Assembly (NCBI GenBank): GCA_964483805.1
Contig: CAZADH010000011.1
Coordinates: 1 to 52,629 of the forward strand
Direction: 5' to 3'
DNA from: an uncultured bacterium
Lineage (GTDB): Bacteria; Muiribacteriota; Ozemobacteria; Ozemobacterales; Ozemobacteraceae
DNA: 52,629 nt
Below the pieces are notes generated by a model, which had not been told where the DNA came from, made no database searches, and was given only the letters and a program-made list of their open reading frames with translations. Below, piece after piece: positions 38,849 through 51,721 of the stretch (positions within the stretch are counted from its first letter, which is position 1; every line of letters starts with the position of its first letter). The position numbers were made by a program, and so were the translations under genes.

Positions 38849-39418
38849 GTGAAGAGCAATACAAAGAAACACGCTACGCGCAAATCCCCAAGGTCGGCGG
38901 GCAAGGCAACGCCGGCACGCGCCGGCAAGAAACAGGTGGCTGCCGAGCATTTTGCCCGCCCCGGTTGGGACGAATATTTCTTGCGTATTGCTCAATTGGT
39001 GGCCCAGCGATCCACCTGCATGCGGCGGCAGGTCGGTGCGGTGATTGTCAGCGAGAAACGGATTCTTGCCACCGGTTACAACGGGGCCCCCAGTTCGCTG
39101 CGCCACTGTTTCGAGGTGCCCGGGGGCTGCATTCGCGCCGCCCGCAATATTCCCAGTGGCGAGCGGCAGGAACTGTGTCGCGGCCTGCATGCCGAGCAGA
39201 ACGCGTTGTTGCAGGCTGCGGCTTTCGGCGTCTCGACGCGGTCGTCGACGGTGTATTGCACCCACCAACCGTGTGTAACCTGTGCGAAAATGCTGATCAA
39301 TGCGGGGTGTGTGCGGGTGGTGTTTCTCGGTGCGTATCCCGACGAGCTGGCCCAGGAAATGCTCGCCGAGGGCCGACTTCAGGTTGATTGTGTGAGCCTT
39401 CCCCAAGGAGACAAATAG
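38849..39418 (+). CDS. dCMP deaminase (ComEB-like) family protein
   Basis: RPGWDEYF, RSTCMRRQVGAVIV, HAEQNA and THQPCVTC. Confidence 0.93.
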   Translation: MKSNTKKHATRKSPRSAGKATPARAGKKQVAAEHFARPGWDEYFLRIAQLVAQRSTCMRRQVGAVIVSEKRILATGYNGAPSSLRHCFEVPGGCIRAARNIPSGERQELCRGLHAEQNALLQAAAFGVSTRSSTVYCTHQPCVTCAKMLINAGCVRVVFLGAYPDELAQEMLAEGRLQVDCVSLPQGDK

Positions 39419-39420
39419 TC

Positions 39421-40704
39421 ATGCCACTGATCCAGATCGAGGGCGGCCATCCGCTCAAAGGCACGATCCCGGTGCACGGCGCGAAGAATGCGGCGCTGCC
39501 GATCATGGCGGCCAGCCTGCTGTGCGAGGGGCCGATCAAACTGACCAATGTTCCCGACCTGATGGACGTCGAGACCATGGGCAAGGTGCTCTCGACCCTT
39601 GGCGTCGATCTCGAACACGATCGGGTGGCGGGAACGCTGCATCTGAGTTCGCCCAACGGCGTGAAAGAAGAGGCGCCCTACGAACTGGTTAAAACCATGC
39701 GGGCCAGTTTCTTCGTCATGGGTCCGCTGTTGGCGCGCGCCAAGAAAGCCCGGGTGCCGTTGCCGGGTGGGTGTGCGATCGGCGTTCGCCCGGTCAATAT
39801 TCACTTGAAGGGGTTCGAGGCTTTGGGCGCCCAGGTGCGCCTCGAGGCCGGTTGCGCCGTCGCCGAGGCCCCCAAGTTGGTTGGCAACCGGATTCTGCTC
39901 GACTTTCCGTCGGTCGGTGCCACCGAGAACCTGATGATGGCGGCGACATTGGCCGAGGGTGACACGACCATCGAGAATGCCGCGCGCGAACCCGAGATTG
40001 CCGATCTCGCCGGATTCTTGAACGCCATGGGCGCCAGGATCACGGGCGCCGGAACGGGCGTCATCCAGATCCAGGGCGTGCCGAAGCTGCATGGTTGCGA
40101 ATACCGTGTCATACCCGACCGCATCGAGGCCGGCACCTTCCTGGTGTTGGGTGCGTTGCTCGGTGATCCGCTGGTGATCGATGGTTGCCATCCGAGCCAC
40201 CTCGAGTCGGTTATCGCCAAGGTCCGTGAGACCGGGGCCCGGGTCGAGGTCGAGTCGACGCGCATGACCGTGTGGTTCGCGCCGCAACCGCAGGCGCTCG
40301 AGATCAAGACCCTGCCGTATCCCGGGTTCCCCACCGACATGCAGGCGCAGATGATGGTGCTCATGAGCCTGGCCAATGGCACCTCCACGGCCGAAGAGAC
40401 CGTGTTCGAGAATCGTTTCATGCACGTTGCCGAATTGGCACGCATGGGCGCGAATCTTACCATCAGCAATCGCACTGTTGTGATCAAGGGGGTTCCGCAA
40501 CTGGTTGGCGCCCCGGTCATGGCCAGCGATCTGCGCGCGGGGGCCGCCCTCGTTCTCGCCGGCCTGGTGGCCCGGGGCGTCACTGAAATATCTCGTATTT
40601 ATCATATCGATCGGGGTTATCAAGGTCTCGAAGAGCGCCTCGCCGCTGTAGGCGGCGTGATTCGACGCGTGGACGGCGGTGAACCACCGCCGCCCGTCGC
40701 ATGA
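39421..40704 (+). CDS. murA: UDP-N-acetylglucosamine 1-carboxyvinyltransferase
   Basis: GAKNAALP, LPGGCAIGVRP, PDRIEAGT, FPTDMQAQ and DLRAGA. Confidence 0.97.
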   Translation: MPLIQIEGGHPLKGTIPVHGAKNAALPIMAASLLCEGPIKLTNVPDLMDVETMGKVLSTLGVDLEHDRVAGTLHLSSPNGVKEEAPYELVKTMRASFFVMGPLLARAKKARVPLPGGCAIGVRPVNIHLKGFEALGAQVRLEAGCAVAEAPKLVGNRILLDFPSVGATENLMMAATLAEGDTTIENAAREPEIADLAGFLNAMGARITGAGTGVIQIQGVPKLHGCEYRVIPDRIEAGTFLVLGALLGDPLVIDGCHPSHLESVIAKVRETGARVEVESTRMTVWFAPQPQALEIKTLPYPGFPTDMQAQMMVLMSLANGTSTAEETVFENRFMHVAELARMGANLTISNRTVVIKGVPQLVGAPVMASDLRAGAALVLAGLVARGVTEISRIYHIDRGYQGLEERLAAVGGVIRRVDGGEPPPPVA

Positions 40705-42494
40705 GACAGCAGGTTACGACGATGGCAGCAACACGCACGAAGAAAACCGACAAGCACGCCGAGGCGGGCGCGGTGGCCACCGACCTCGCCGGGATTCTCC
40801 AGGACCTGCGCGGTCGCGATCCTGAAAACAAGGTGTTTGCCCTGATGGCTCTGGGGTTGATCGGTTCGCCGGACCACGCCGGGGCGGTGATCGATCTGCT
40901 CGGATCGTCGGACGAATCGGTGGTCGTTCACGCCATCGATTGTCTCGGGCGTCTGGGCGATCCGTCGGCGTTGCCCTATCTCATCGATTTTGTCGACCAT
41001 GACAATACAAGATATGTCAACAAGGCGCTCGAGGTTCTGCCGCGTTTCCAGGTCAAAACCGTGCTCGAGCGGCTGTTGGCCATTGCCGGCATCAGTAGTC
41101 GCCCCGAGGTGCAGCGGCGCAGTCTCGTCACCGTGTTGGCCGGCGTCGCCGATCCCAAGGTCGAGAACTTCATGGCCGGGTTGTTGGCGGCCGGGACGGG
41201 TCCCGAGGTGATGGCTGCGGCGGCACTCTATTTCGTCCGTTTCCCCATGGTGTCTCGCCGTGAGGCGTTGTTGGCCCAGGCCGAGAACGCGCACTGGGAG
41301 GTCGCCCTCAACGTCAACCTGGCCTTGACCCGGTCGGGGGATGAGGCGGCGATGGCGCGGCTGTCGCGCATGGTGCGATCGCCCTCGTTGGCGGTGCGCC
41401 AGGCGCTGATCCGTGGAGTGTTGATCAATCCCAAGGCCGGCGATCGGACCCTGGTCGAGGCGTTGCTCGTCGACCCGAATGCGCGTGTGCGTGAAACGGC
41501 GCTGTCGGCGCTGTCCCTGTTCTCGCCCGGTGAGCGTGTCAACTGGTTGAAGGGCCGGTGGCCCAACGAGTCGGAAGAGGCGGTGCGCCTGCAACTGTTG
41601 CGCTTTGTCGCGAAAGAAAAAGACCCGGCCCTGGTCGCCTTGTTGGTTGCGGCCTTGGGCGATTCGCACGAAACCGTGAAGAGCGCTGTCCGCCAAAGCC
41701 TCGTCACGATGGGGACGACGATGGTGCCAACGTTGATGGCTCTGTTCGACCGCCAACCGCTGGCCGTGCGCGAACAACTGGCCCTCATTCTCGGCGATAT
41801 CGGTGATCGGCGGGCCGTCGATCTGTTGTGGCGTTGCGTCCGCAGCACCGATCGCTGGCTGCGCTTGCATGCCGTGCAGGCTCTTGCCGCCCTGCAACAC
41901 CGCGATTCATTGGCGAAACTGTTGGAGTTGTTGAGCAACGAAGCCGATCTCTGGATGCGCGCCACGCTGTTGATCGCCGTGGCCCGTCTCGGTGGACCGG
42001 ATCTCGAAGCGACGATCGCCGCCCATCTCACCCACCAAGATGCCCGCGTCCGCGCCAATGCGGTCGAGGCCCTCGGTCTGCTCGGGTCGCCGGGGGCGCT
42101 CGACAAGATCAAGCCGGTTTTCCGCGATCCCAATGACCGGGTGCGGGTCAACGCGGCCCTGACGCTCTATAAATTAGGTGATAGTACCGTGTTGTCGACG
42201 CTGCGCGGCATGTGCGCGGAACGCAACAAATGGATCAAGAGCTCGGCCGCTTTCGCTCTTGGCGAGATCGGTGACGCGGAAGCGACTCCGGAGTTGCTCG
42301 TGTTGTTGCGCGATCGTGAAGAAGTGGTCTATCGCAACGCTCTCGAGGCACTGGTCAAGATCGGTGACATACGTGCGCTCGTGCCATTGCTCAAAGAAAA
42401 GGGCAAGGGGCGTCTGCCAGAAGCCAGTGTCGAACGAATGTTGCCCACCTTTTCCGAACGGTTGCGCCAGAACTTGCGGGGGATCAAGGAGTAG
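40701..42494 (+). CDS. HEAT/PBS-lyase repeat protein
   Basis: Many repeats of the type VRANAVEALG, RVRVNAALTL and SAAFALGEIGD. ATGA overlap with murA. Confidence 0.9.
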   Translation: MRQQVTTMAATRTKKTDKHAEAGAVATDLAGILQDLRGRDPENKVFALMALGLIGSPDHAGAVIDLLGSSDESVVVHAIDCLGRLGDPSALPYLIDFVDHDNTRYVNKALEVLPRFQVKTVLERLLAIAGISSRPEVQRRSLVTVLAGVADPKVENFMAGLLAAGTGPEVMAAAALYFVRFPMVSRREALLAQAENAHWEVALNVNLALTRSGDEAAMARLSRMVRSPSLAVRQALIRGVLINPKAGDRTLVEALLVDPNARVRETALSALSLFSPGERVNWLKGRWPNESEEAVRLQLLRFVAKEKDPALVALLVAALGDSHETVKSAVRQSLVTMGTTMVPTLMALFDRQPLAVREQLALILGDIGDRRAVDLLWRCVRSTDRWLRLHAVQALAALQHRDSLAKLLELLSNEADLWMRATLLIAVARLGGPDLEATIAAHLTHQDARVRANAVEALGLLGSPGALDKIKPVFRDPNDRVRVNAALTLYKLGDSTVLSTLRGMCAERNKWIKSSAAFALGEIGDAEATPELLVLLRDREEVVYRNALEALVKIGDIRALVPLLKEKGKGRLPEASVERMLPTFSERLRQNLRGIKE

Positions 42495-42497
42495 CCG

Positions 42498-44336
42498 ATG
42501 AAGCCGAGCTGGTCATGGACGGGGTGGCTCATTCCCTTGGTGTTTCTGGGGTTCCTTGCCATCGATTGGGCGTTTCCGCCTGAAGCGTCGGCACGTGCCG
42601 GGGGCGGCCAGCACTTTCGCTCGAGTTCGTCACGGTCGAGTTCATCGTGGGGTTCATCGCGCAGTTCGTCGCGGTCATCATGGGGCTCATCGCGCAGTTC
42701 GCGATCCTCCGGCGGCTCGTATCACGGTTCGGGAAGACCGCTGACTGCGCAAGACATCATGGTCATCCTCGTCATCATTGCGATCGTGATCGTCGCCATG
42801 ATCATCCTCAGCATCGTGCAAGAGATGACGAAGCGGCGACAATCAGGGGATGACTGGGGTGAGATCATCTCCGATTTCTCGAGCGACATGGTTGGGTTTG
42901 TGACGCGGCCGAAATACGGTTCCGGCAGTTTCGGTGGCGAGGGAACCCTGCAGTTGCCGGGTGGTGACGATCCGTTCCTGCCACAGCGTCGGGCAAAGAA
43001 ACTCATGGGCGATTTGTTCGGAGACGGTCCGGTATATCTGCCGGTGCCGGTCGCGCTCGAGAAGATCAAAGAGGTCGATCCGGCGTTCTCCGAAGACCGG
43101 TTCCTTGCGGTTGTCAATCTGGCCTTCCCGGCCATCCAAGCCGCGTGGTCGGCTCGCGACCTCAGCGGTGCCCAGATGTATCTCTCGCGCCATGTGGCCA
43201 AACGCTACACCGATCAGTTGGCCGGCCTGCGGCAGCGCAAGCTGATCAATCGTCTCGAAAAGGTCAAGATCCGCCGGGTGACCTCCGTGCTCGTCGAGCC
43301 CGATCGACAGGGATTCCAGGCCATCACCGTGCGCATCGATTTCTCGCTGGTCGATTACACCATCGAAGAAGGGTCGGGCCGGATGGTCAGCGGGTCGAAA
43401 GCCGTCGATACCGCGGCCGAATTCTGGACGTTCGGCCGCCGGTGCGCCAAAACGCCGAAACAGGGTCTGGCCGAAGGGCAGTGTCCGAACTGCGGCGCCG
43501 GTCTGCAACTGAACGCCGTCGGTCGTTGCGAATACTGCGATTCCGATATCCAGAGCGGCAATTTTGACTGGGTGCTGCTCGAAATCACGCAAACCACTGA
43601 GTGGACGCAACCGCGCTTCAGTATCAAAGCGATCTGGAAGGAACTGCCGCCGATGTTGCCGGGTGCAATACCGGGTATGGCTGTTGGTGACGATGCTGCC
43701 GCGCGCGTCGATCAATCGGCGATCGAGGCGCAGTTGTTGGCGGCTGATCCCGGGTTTTCGCGGGCCGACCTCGAAGATTACGCCGGCTCGTTGTTCTTCC
43801 GCCTTTGCCGTGCTGTCGAGGAAGGCAAGCCCGAGCTCGTGGGTGGCCTGCTCGCTCCGGCACCGAAAGCGGCTCTCGCGGCTCGATTTGCGGCCGACAA
43901 GAAGCAGGGCCAACGGCAGTTGTTCGATTTCCTCGCCGTCGGCAGCGTCGAACTCGAACAGCACTGGCAGGAAGGTGACTATGATCTGCTGGGTGTGCGC
44001 ATCACGGCCAGTGGCGCGCCGCGGCGCATCAAGATCGGTGCCGATCCCGGGGTTGGCAGCGAGGCCGACATCCGCCCGTTCACCGAGAACCTGGTGCTGC
44101 ACCGACGCAAAGGGGCCAAGACGGTGCGCGATCAGGGGTTGTTCTCCGAGAAGTGCCCCGGTTGCGGCCATCCGCTCGATGTCAACGATCAGGGGGCCTG
44201 CACCTCGTGCGGCCTCGATATCGGCAAGGCAGACAAAGACTGGGTTCTGGTCGAGGCCGCGACGATGCTGCCGGCAGCACGACATATTCCCGGGGCGACG
44301 TCGGCTCCGGGGCAGATTGGCGTTGACCCTTCATAG
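42498..44336 (+). CDS. Membrane protein with two Tim44-like domains, each followed by a zinc ribbon
   Basis: ARAGGG and an R/S-rich segment, one TM, then DPAFSEDRFL..IQAAW..EFWTF with CPNC..CEYC, and a second DPGFS...ENLVL with CPGC..CTSC..DWVL. Confidence 0.8.
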   Translation: MKPSWSWTGWLIPLVFLGFLAIDWAFPPEASARAGGGQHFRSSSSRSSSSWGSSRSSSRSSWGSSRSSRSSGGSYHGSGRPLTAQDIMVILVIIAIVIVAMIILSIVQEMTKRRQSGDDWGEIISDFSSDMVGFVTRPKYGSGSFGGEGTLQLPGGDDPFLPQRRAKKLMGDLFGDGPVYLPVPVALEKIKEVDPAFSEDRFLAVVNLAFPAIQAAWSARDLSGAQMYLSRHVAKRYTDQLAGLRQRKLINRLEKVKIRRVTSVLVEPDRQGFQAITVRIDFSLVDYTIEEGSGRMVSGSKAVDTAAEFWTFGRRCAKTPKQGLAEGQCPNCGAGLQLNAVGRCEYCDSDIQSGNFDWVLLEITQTTEWTQPRFSIKAIWKELPPMLPGAIPGMAVGDDAAARVDQSAIEAQLLAADPGFSRADLEDYAGSLFFRLCRAVEEGKPELVGGLLAPAPKAALAARFAADKKQGQRQLFDFLAVGSVELEQHWQEGDYDLLGVRITASGAPRRIKIGADPGVGSEADIRPFTENLVLHRRKGAKTVRDQGLFSEKCPGCGHPLDVNDQGACTSCGLDIGKADKDWVLVEAATMLPAARHIPGATSAPGQIGVDPS

Positions 44337-44389
44337 GCATGCAGGCGATAAGAAATATCGTGTATTGATGGTGTATGGCCGTTCCTTGA

Positions 44390-47524
<3,135 letters not shown>

Positions 47525-47544
47525 GTACACCTCGTTCGATCGAC

Positions 47545-47578
47545 ACCCGTGGGGCACGCCTGCCTCACGGGTTTTTTT
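47545..47578 (+). terminator. Intrinsic terminator
   Basis: ACCCGTGGGGCA cgcc TGCCTCACGGGT followed by TTTTTT. Confidence 0.88.
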
Positions 47579-47683
47579 GCGTGTTGAATTGATTCAGCGG
47601 ACGCCTCCGCAAAGCCGATAAATAGAAAAAAGCAAAGTGCTTGGAGGCAAACGGTTCATGCTATTGGTTTCGCACGGGGATCC

Positions 47684-48571
47684 ATGATGGATCTCGTCGA
47701 ACAATACCTGTCGTACCTCGCCGTCGAGAAAGGCCTGCGGCCACGGTCGCTGTCGGCCTATCGCCGCGACCTGACCGACTTCGTCGCCTGGCTCGACGAC
47801 AAGGGCCGTTCACCGATCGGTCCCGGCATCGATGGAGCACTGGTGCTGTATCAGGTGAGCATGCACGACCGCGGACTCAACGGTCGATCGATCGCGCGCA
47901 AGCTTTCAGCAATACGCGGTCTGTATCGCTTCCTTGTGCGCGAAGGGCAGATCGCCTCCGACCCGAGTCTCGTGCTCGAAGCCCCGAAGGCCGGTCGTCC
48001 GCTGCCCGACGTGCTGACGTTGGCCGAGGTCGAGGCGCTGTTGGGGTCGCCCGATTCGCATGAACCACTGGGGATGCGGGATCGCGCCATGCTCGAACTC
48101 ATGTATGCCGCCGGCTTGCGCGAATCGGAAACCATCGACCTGACGATTGGGGATCTCAATCGGCCGGCCGAGTATTTGATGGTTCGCGGCAAGGGTGGCC
48201 GCGAGCGCGTCGTTCCGGTCGGACAGGCGGCTCTCGCTGCGCTCGATCTCTACCTGGCGAAAGGCCGACCGCAGATCGCCCACGACATCACCTCGCGCTT
48301 GCTTTTCCTGAATGCCCGGGGCGGCAAGCTGTCGCGCATGGGCCTGTGGAAGATCGTGCGCCATCATGCCTTGCGTGCGGGGCTGCGCCCTGGGGTGCAC
48401 CCGCACATGATCCGGCATTCGTGCGCTACGCACATGCTCGAAAACGGCGCCTCGATTCGCGTCGTGCAGGAGTTCCTCGGTCACGTCGATATCGCGACCA
48501 CTCAGATCTACACCCATTTGACCACACAACAACTCAAGGAGATTCATGCGCGCACGCATCCGCGCGGTTGA
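47684..48571 (+). CDS. xerD: Site-specific tyrosine recombinase XerD
   Basis: YRRDL, ARKLSAIRGLYRFL, ELMYAAGLRESE, GKGGRERVVP, HMIRHSCATH and LGH.DIATTQIYTH. Confidence 0.9.
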   Translation: MMDLVEQYLSYLAVEKGLRPRSLSAYRRDLTDFVAWLDDKGRSPIGPGIDGALVLYQVSMHDRGLNGRSIARKLSAIRGLYRFLVREGQIASDPSLVLEAPKAGRPLPDVLTLAEVEALLGSPDSHEPLGMRDRAMLELMYAAGLRESETIDLTIGDLNRPAEYLMVRGKGGRERVVPVGQAALAALDLYLAKGRPQIAHDITSRLLFLNARGGKLSRMGLWKIVRHHALRAGLRPGVHPHMIRHSCATHMLENGASIRVVQEFLGHVDIATTQIYTHLTTQQLKEIHARTHPRG

Positions 48572-48689
48572 TCGACGCCGCGACCGACAAAGCAGCACAC
48601 GCCTGCAAAGATGGGCCTCGCATGTGGGGTCCATCGCATCGTCGTTGGTGCGAACGATCCTCGGCGCAGAAAATGGCCGGCGGCCCAAG

Positions 48690-51293
48690 ATGTCGCAGCG
48701 TGTCGTCGGTATCGTGTTGATCCTCGTCGCGCATCTGTTGGCGGGTTCAGTTGAGGTGCAGGCGTTGACGGTGGGCTCTGCCAGCGACACCGAGCATCAA
48801 CTCAACATCACCGGCACGAAGGTGTTCGAGATGAAACAGGCCGAGGTGCAGGGTGACCTGAGCCACTTCTCGACCGAGAACCTCGATTCGATTCCGGGAT
48901 TCCACCTCGATCAAAGCATGCACCTCGAGATGGATGGGTACATCGACAAGGGTGCCAAGGTGCATGCAGTGCTCGACGACAAAGACGACGAGGACAAACG
49001 CTTCACCATCGGGATCACCGGCAACAAGTGGGATTTTACCCTCGGTGATTTTCCGGCGAGCATCAAGGACACCGAGTTCACCCTCTATAACAAAGAGGTG
49101 CGTGGTCTGTTGGCAGTCGCCAAACTGCATCCGAAGTGGCGCATCATGATGCTGGGAAGCCGAACCAAGGGTGTTTCGCGCCGCGAGCAGTTCCGCGGTG
49201 CCGGACAGCAACAGGAGTTTCGCTTGTTGGCACGGCCTGTGGTGCCCAATTCCGAGCGCGTGACGATCGATGGGAAACCGCTCACCCGCGGCACCGACTA
49301 CCTGATCGACTTCGAAGACGGCGTGTTGAAGCTGGCGTCACGCATGCTGCCGGTCGAGGCCACGAGTTGGATCGTCATCGAGTATGAGGTCAGCGACACC
49401 AGCCTGGCGTTCAAACGAAACCTGTATGGCGCACGGGTCGAGCATTTCAAGGATGCGACCCGCCGATTTGGGTTGACCTGGTTGCGGGAAATCGACGACA
49501 GCACGCCGAAACCGGATGCGAGCGCCTCGACCACTGCGGTCATGCGGCCCATGGATCACCACATCCTCGAGTTCGACACCGATTACCGCATCAACGACAA
49601 ATTCAGCCTGCGGGGCGAGACGAGCTTCTCTTGGCTCGATCCAAATGCGACCAGCAACGAAACAGAAGAAGACAAGACCCTCAAAGGTCTGGCCTATCGG
49701 TTTGGCGCGGTTGGCAAGAGCAAGAAATACGAGGGTGAGTTGACGCAGCGGCGCATCGACAAGGACTTCAAGCTGGTCGGGCGTGAGGGCGCCACCGAGC
49801 TGGGCGAACGTGGGTTGGTCAATGATGTTCGCAAAGAAACCGGCAAAGTCACTTATCACTGGCGGCCGGACGTCGATGTGTTCAGCTCGCTCGAGTCGGC
49901 GCGCACCAATCTGAGCGGCGATCCGGAGCTCTCGTCGGTCGCGTTCATGTCGGCCGGCGGCGGTGCCGTGTGGCGGTATCGGCCCTCCTGTCAGCTCGAG
50001 CTGCGGGCGAATCGCCAGGATGATCGTGAAGAGAGGGTCGTGACCTTGTCAGACCAGCGCAAGACCGTGGGGGCAATGGTCTGGGATCACGCCTGGTCAA
50101 AGCTGACCTCGCAAAGCAAGATCGAGCATACAAAGTATGACAACTTCGCCAACACTGCCTCGGCGTCACGTGCGCTGCAATACGTGTTGCGCTTGGGCAG
50201 CCAGGTCAGCAAGAGCTTCGTCTGGAGCGTCGCCGGCGAACGGTTCATGGTCAACGACGAGGTCGTGAAGACAGGGTTGCGCAGCGACACGAGCAACTAC
50301 ACGCTCGATTTTCAGTACAACCCGAATCGCCTGGTTAACGCCCGCACCTTGATCCAATGGCGGGTCGAGGAGGATTTTCTCGCCAACTCGCGGCAGAACA
50401 GCGAGGTTGCCGACGCGTCGATCCGCTACCGGCCGAAACAGAGCATATCGAGCACGCTGAAATACAAGGTCGAGAACACGACCAAGGTCATTCGCGACCC
50501 CAGTCTCGACCCGACCAAATATCAGTCGCTGCCGACGTTGCCCGTGGCCTCGCAGACGCAGGCGGCGGTGCTGGAGCGCTTTGAAAATCCGGTGACCAAA
50601 CGCACGGCCAATATTGTGACGACCTGGCAACCCAACAAGAAGTGCGAAGGCACCTTCGACTGGCGGTTCCGCGATCTGCGCGACCGTGCCACCCACGCCG
50701 AAGTTTCCCGCAACGACCGCAAGCTTTACGAAGTGAAGTGGACACCGAATCAGAAACTGCGTCTGGTCACCGACTACGAGGTCGGTGAATCGCGCAATCT
50801 CTCGCCGCAATCCGAATTTCTCGAGACGATCAAACGTGTCGAGGCGCATCACGAGTTCTGGCGCGGTTACATCCTGTCGTCGAAATGGGAAGACCACAAC
50901 GAAGATGATGTGCTCGCGACGGTGAACTCGAAGCGAACGCGCAGCAAGGGAGCCGACTTCCAGCGTGTGTTCTCACCGATGACCACGCTCGAAGTCGGCG
51001 TGAATGCGGCTGACATCGATGCCCTCGACCCGCGCAAGGAGTGGACGTCGAAAGCTGCGGTGGTGATAACGCCCGGCGGCCGCAATCAGCGCTACCGCGT
51101 CTATCTGAGTGATACCGACATCTCGGGAACCCGCCCCGGCAAGCATCAAGAAGGTGGGGTGGAGTTCTCGCAGTTTGTCGGCACCGACACCGTGATCGAC
51201 GGCCAGATCAAGAAGGTCAAATCATCAGCGGGAGTCGGTGGAGCGGGTTACGACGGCATGGTTGCCAACGCCAAGGTCGTTATCACCTTCTGA
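48690..51293 (+). CDS. Large exported protein, probable outer-membrane beta-barrel
   Basis: Signal peptide MSQRVVGIVLIL...VQA, then SERVTIDGKPLTRGTDYLIDFEDG, alternating amphipathic strands and a terminal Phe (VITF). The ORF-track start at 48546 is probably too early. Confidence 0.7.
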   Translation: MSQRVVGIVLILVAHLLAGSVEVQALTVGSASDTEHQLNITGTKVFEMKQAEVQGDLSHFSTENLDSIPGFHLDQSMHLEMDGYIDKGAKVHAVLDDKDDEDKRFTIGITGNKWDFTLGDFPASIKDTEFTLYNKEVRGLLAVAKLHPKWRIMMLGSRTKGVSRREQFRGAGQQQEFRLLARPVVPNSERVTIDGKPLTRGTDYLIDFEDGVLKLASRMLPVEATSWIVIEYEVSDTSLAFKRNLYGARVEHFKDATRRFGLTWLREIDDSTPKPDASASTTAVMRPMDHHILEFDTDYRINDKFSLRGETSFSWLDPNATSNETEEDKTLKGLAYRFGAVGKSKKYEGELTQRRIDKDFKLVGREGATELGERGLVNDVRKETGKVTYHWRPDVDVFSSLESARTNLSGDPELSSVAFMSAGGGAVWRYRPSCQLELRANRQDDREERVVTLSDQRKTVGAMVWDHAWSKLTSQSKIEHTKYDNFANTASASRALQYVLRLGSQVSKSFVWSVAGERFMVNDEVVKTGLRSDTSNYTLDFQYNPNRLVNARTLIQWRVEEDFLANSRQNSEVADASIRYRPKQSISSTLKYKVENTTKVIRDPSLDPTKYQSLPTLPVASQTQAAVLERFENPVTKRTANIVTTWQPNKKCEGTFDWRFRDLRDRATHAEVSRNDRKLYEVKWTPNQKLRLVTDYEVGESRNLSPQSEFLETIKRVEAHHEFWRGYILSSKWEDHNEDDVLATVNSKRTRSKGADFQRVFSPMTTLEVGVNAADIDALDPRKEWTSKAAVVITPGGRNQRYRVYLSDTDISGTRPGKHQEGGVEFSQFVGTDTVIDGQIKKVKSSAGVGGAGYDGMVANAKVVITF

Positions 51294-51312
51294 GGCTTGG
51301 TAAGAAACGACA

Positions 51313-51345
51313 GAACCGACCCCACGGACACCGTGAGGTCGGTTC
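51313..51345. terminator. Hairpin between convergent genes
   Basis: GAACCGACC-c-CACGG aca CCGTG-a-GGTCGGTTC. Confidence 0.6.
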
Positions 51346-51369
51346 GGGTGGCGACGAGCGCGTGTTTGC

Positions 51370-51516
51370 TCAGTCGTCGGCAATGGCGGCCATTTGGAGC
51401 CGTTTCTTGCACTTCGGGCAGATGACCCACCGTTCTCCGTCGCGGTCGACGACCTCGTCTTGCGGTTCGAACACGGTGCCACACGGACATTCGATGGTGC
51501 GCGTATCGGGTTGCAT
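51370..51516 (-). CDS. 48-aa zinc-ribbon (CxC/CxxC, CpXC-like) small protein
   Basis: MQPDTRTIECPCGTVFEP...WVICPKCKKRL. Strong SD AAAGGAG sits 6 nt upstream of the ATG. Confidence 0.75.
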   Translation of the reverse strand: MQPDTRTIECPCGTVFEPQDEVVDRDGERWVICPKCKKRLQMAAIADD

Positions 51517-51664
51517 GGGTTCGCTCCTTTCAGAATGCTCGTGAAGTCCGGCCCTCACCTGACCGGCCTGCGTGACCGACCCATCTCTCTTTGAAAGATA
51601 GGTCGACCAATGGCCCAAGGCAACCTCGCAGAAAACGCCTAATCATGATGATTTGCGCGACGCG

Positions 51665-51715
51665 AGAAATAAATCGATTTAGGCTATTGACTCCTGCCCG
51701 GTATTGTGATGTAAT
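51665..51715 (+). promoter_or_regulatory. Strong rRNA-like sigma70 promoter
   Basis: A-rich UP element (AGAAATAAATCGATTT), TTGACT (51687-92), 17 bp spacer, extended -10 TG-A-TGTAAT (51707-15). Confidence 0.8.
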
Positions 51716-51721
51716 AGATCT

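Noticed and set aside
47684-48571. Tyrosine recombinase as the integrase of a mobile element carrying the downstream RNA
   Set aside because: It has XerD-type length and motifs (ATTQIYTH), no arm-binding domain, no att repeats or phage genes nearby, and host-like composition.
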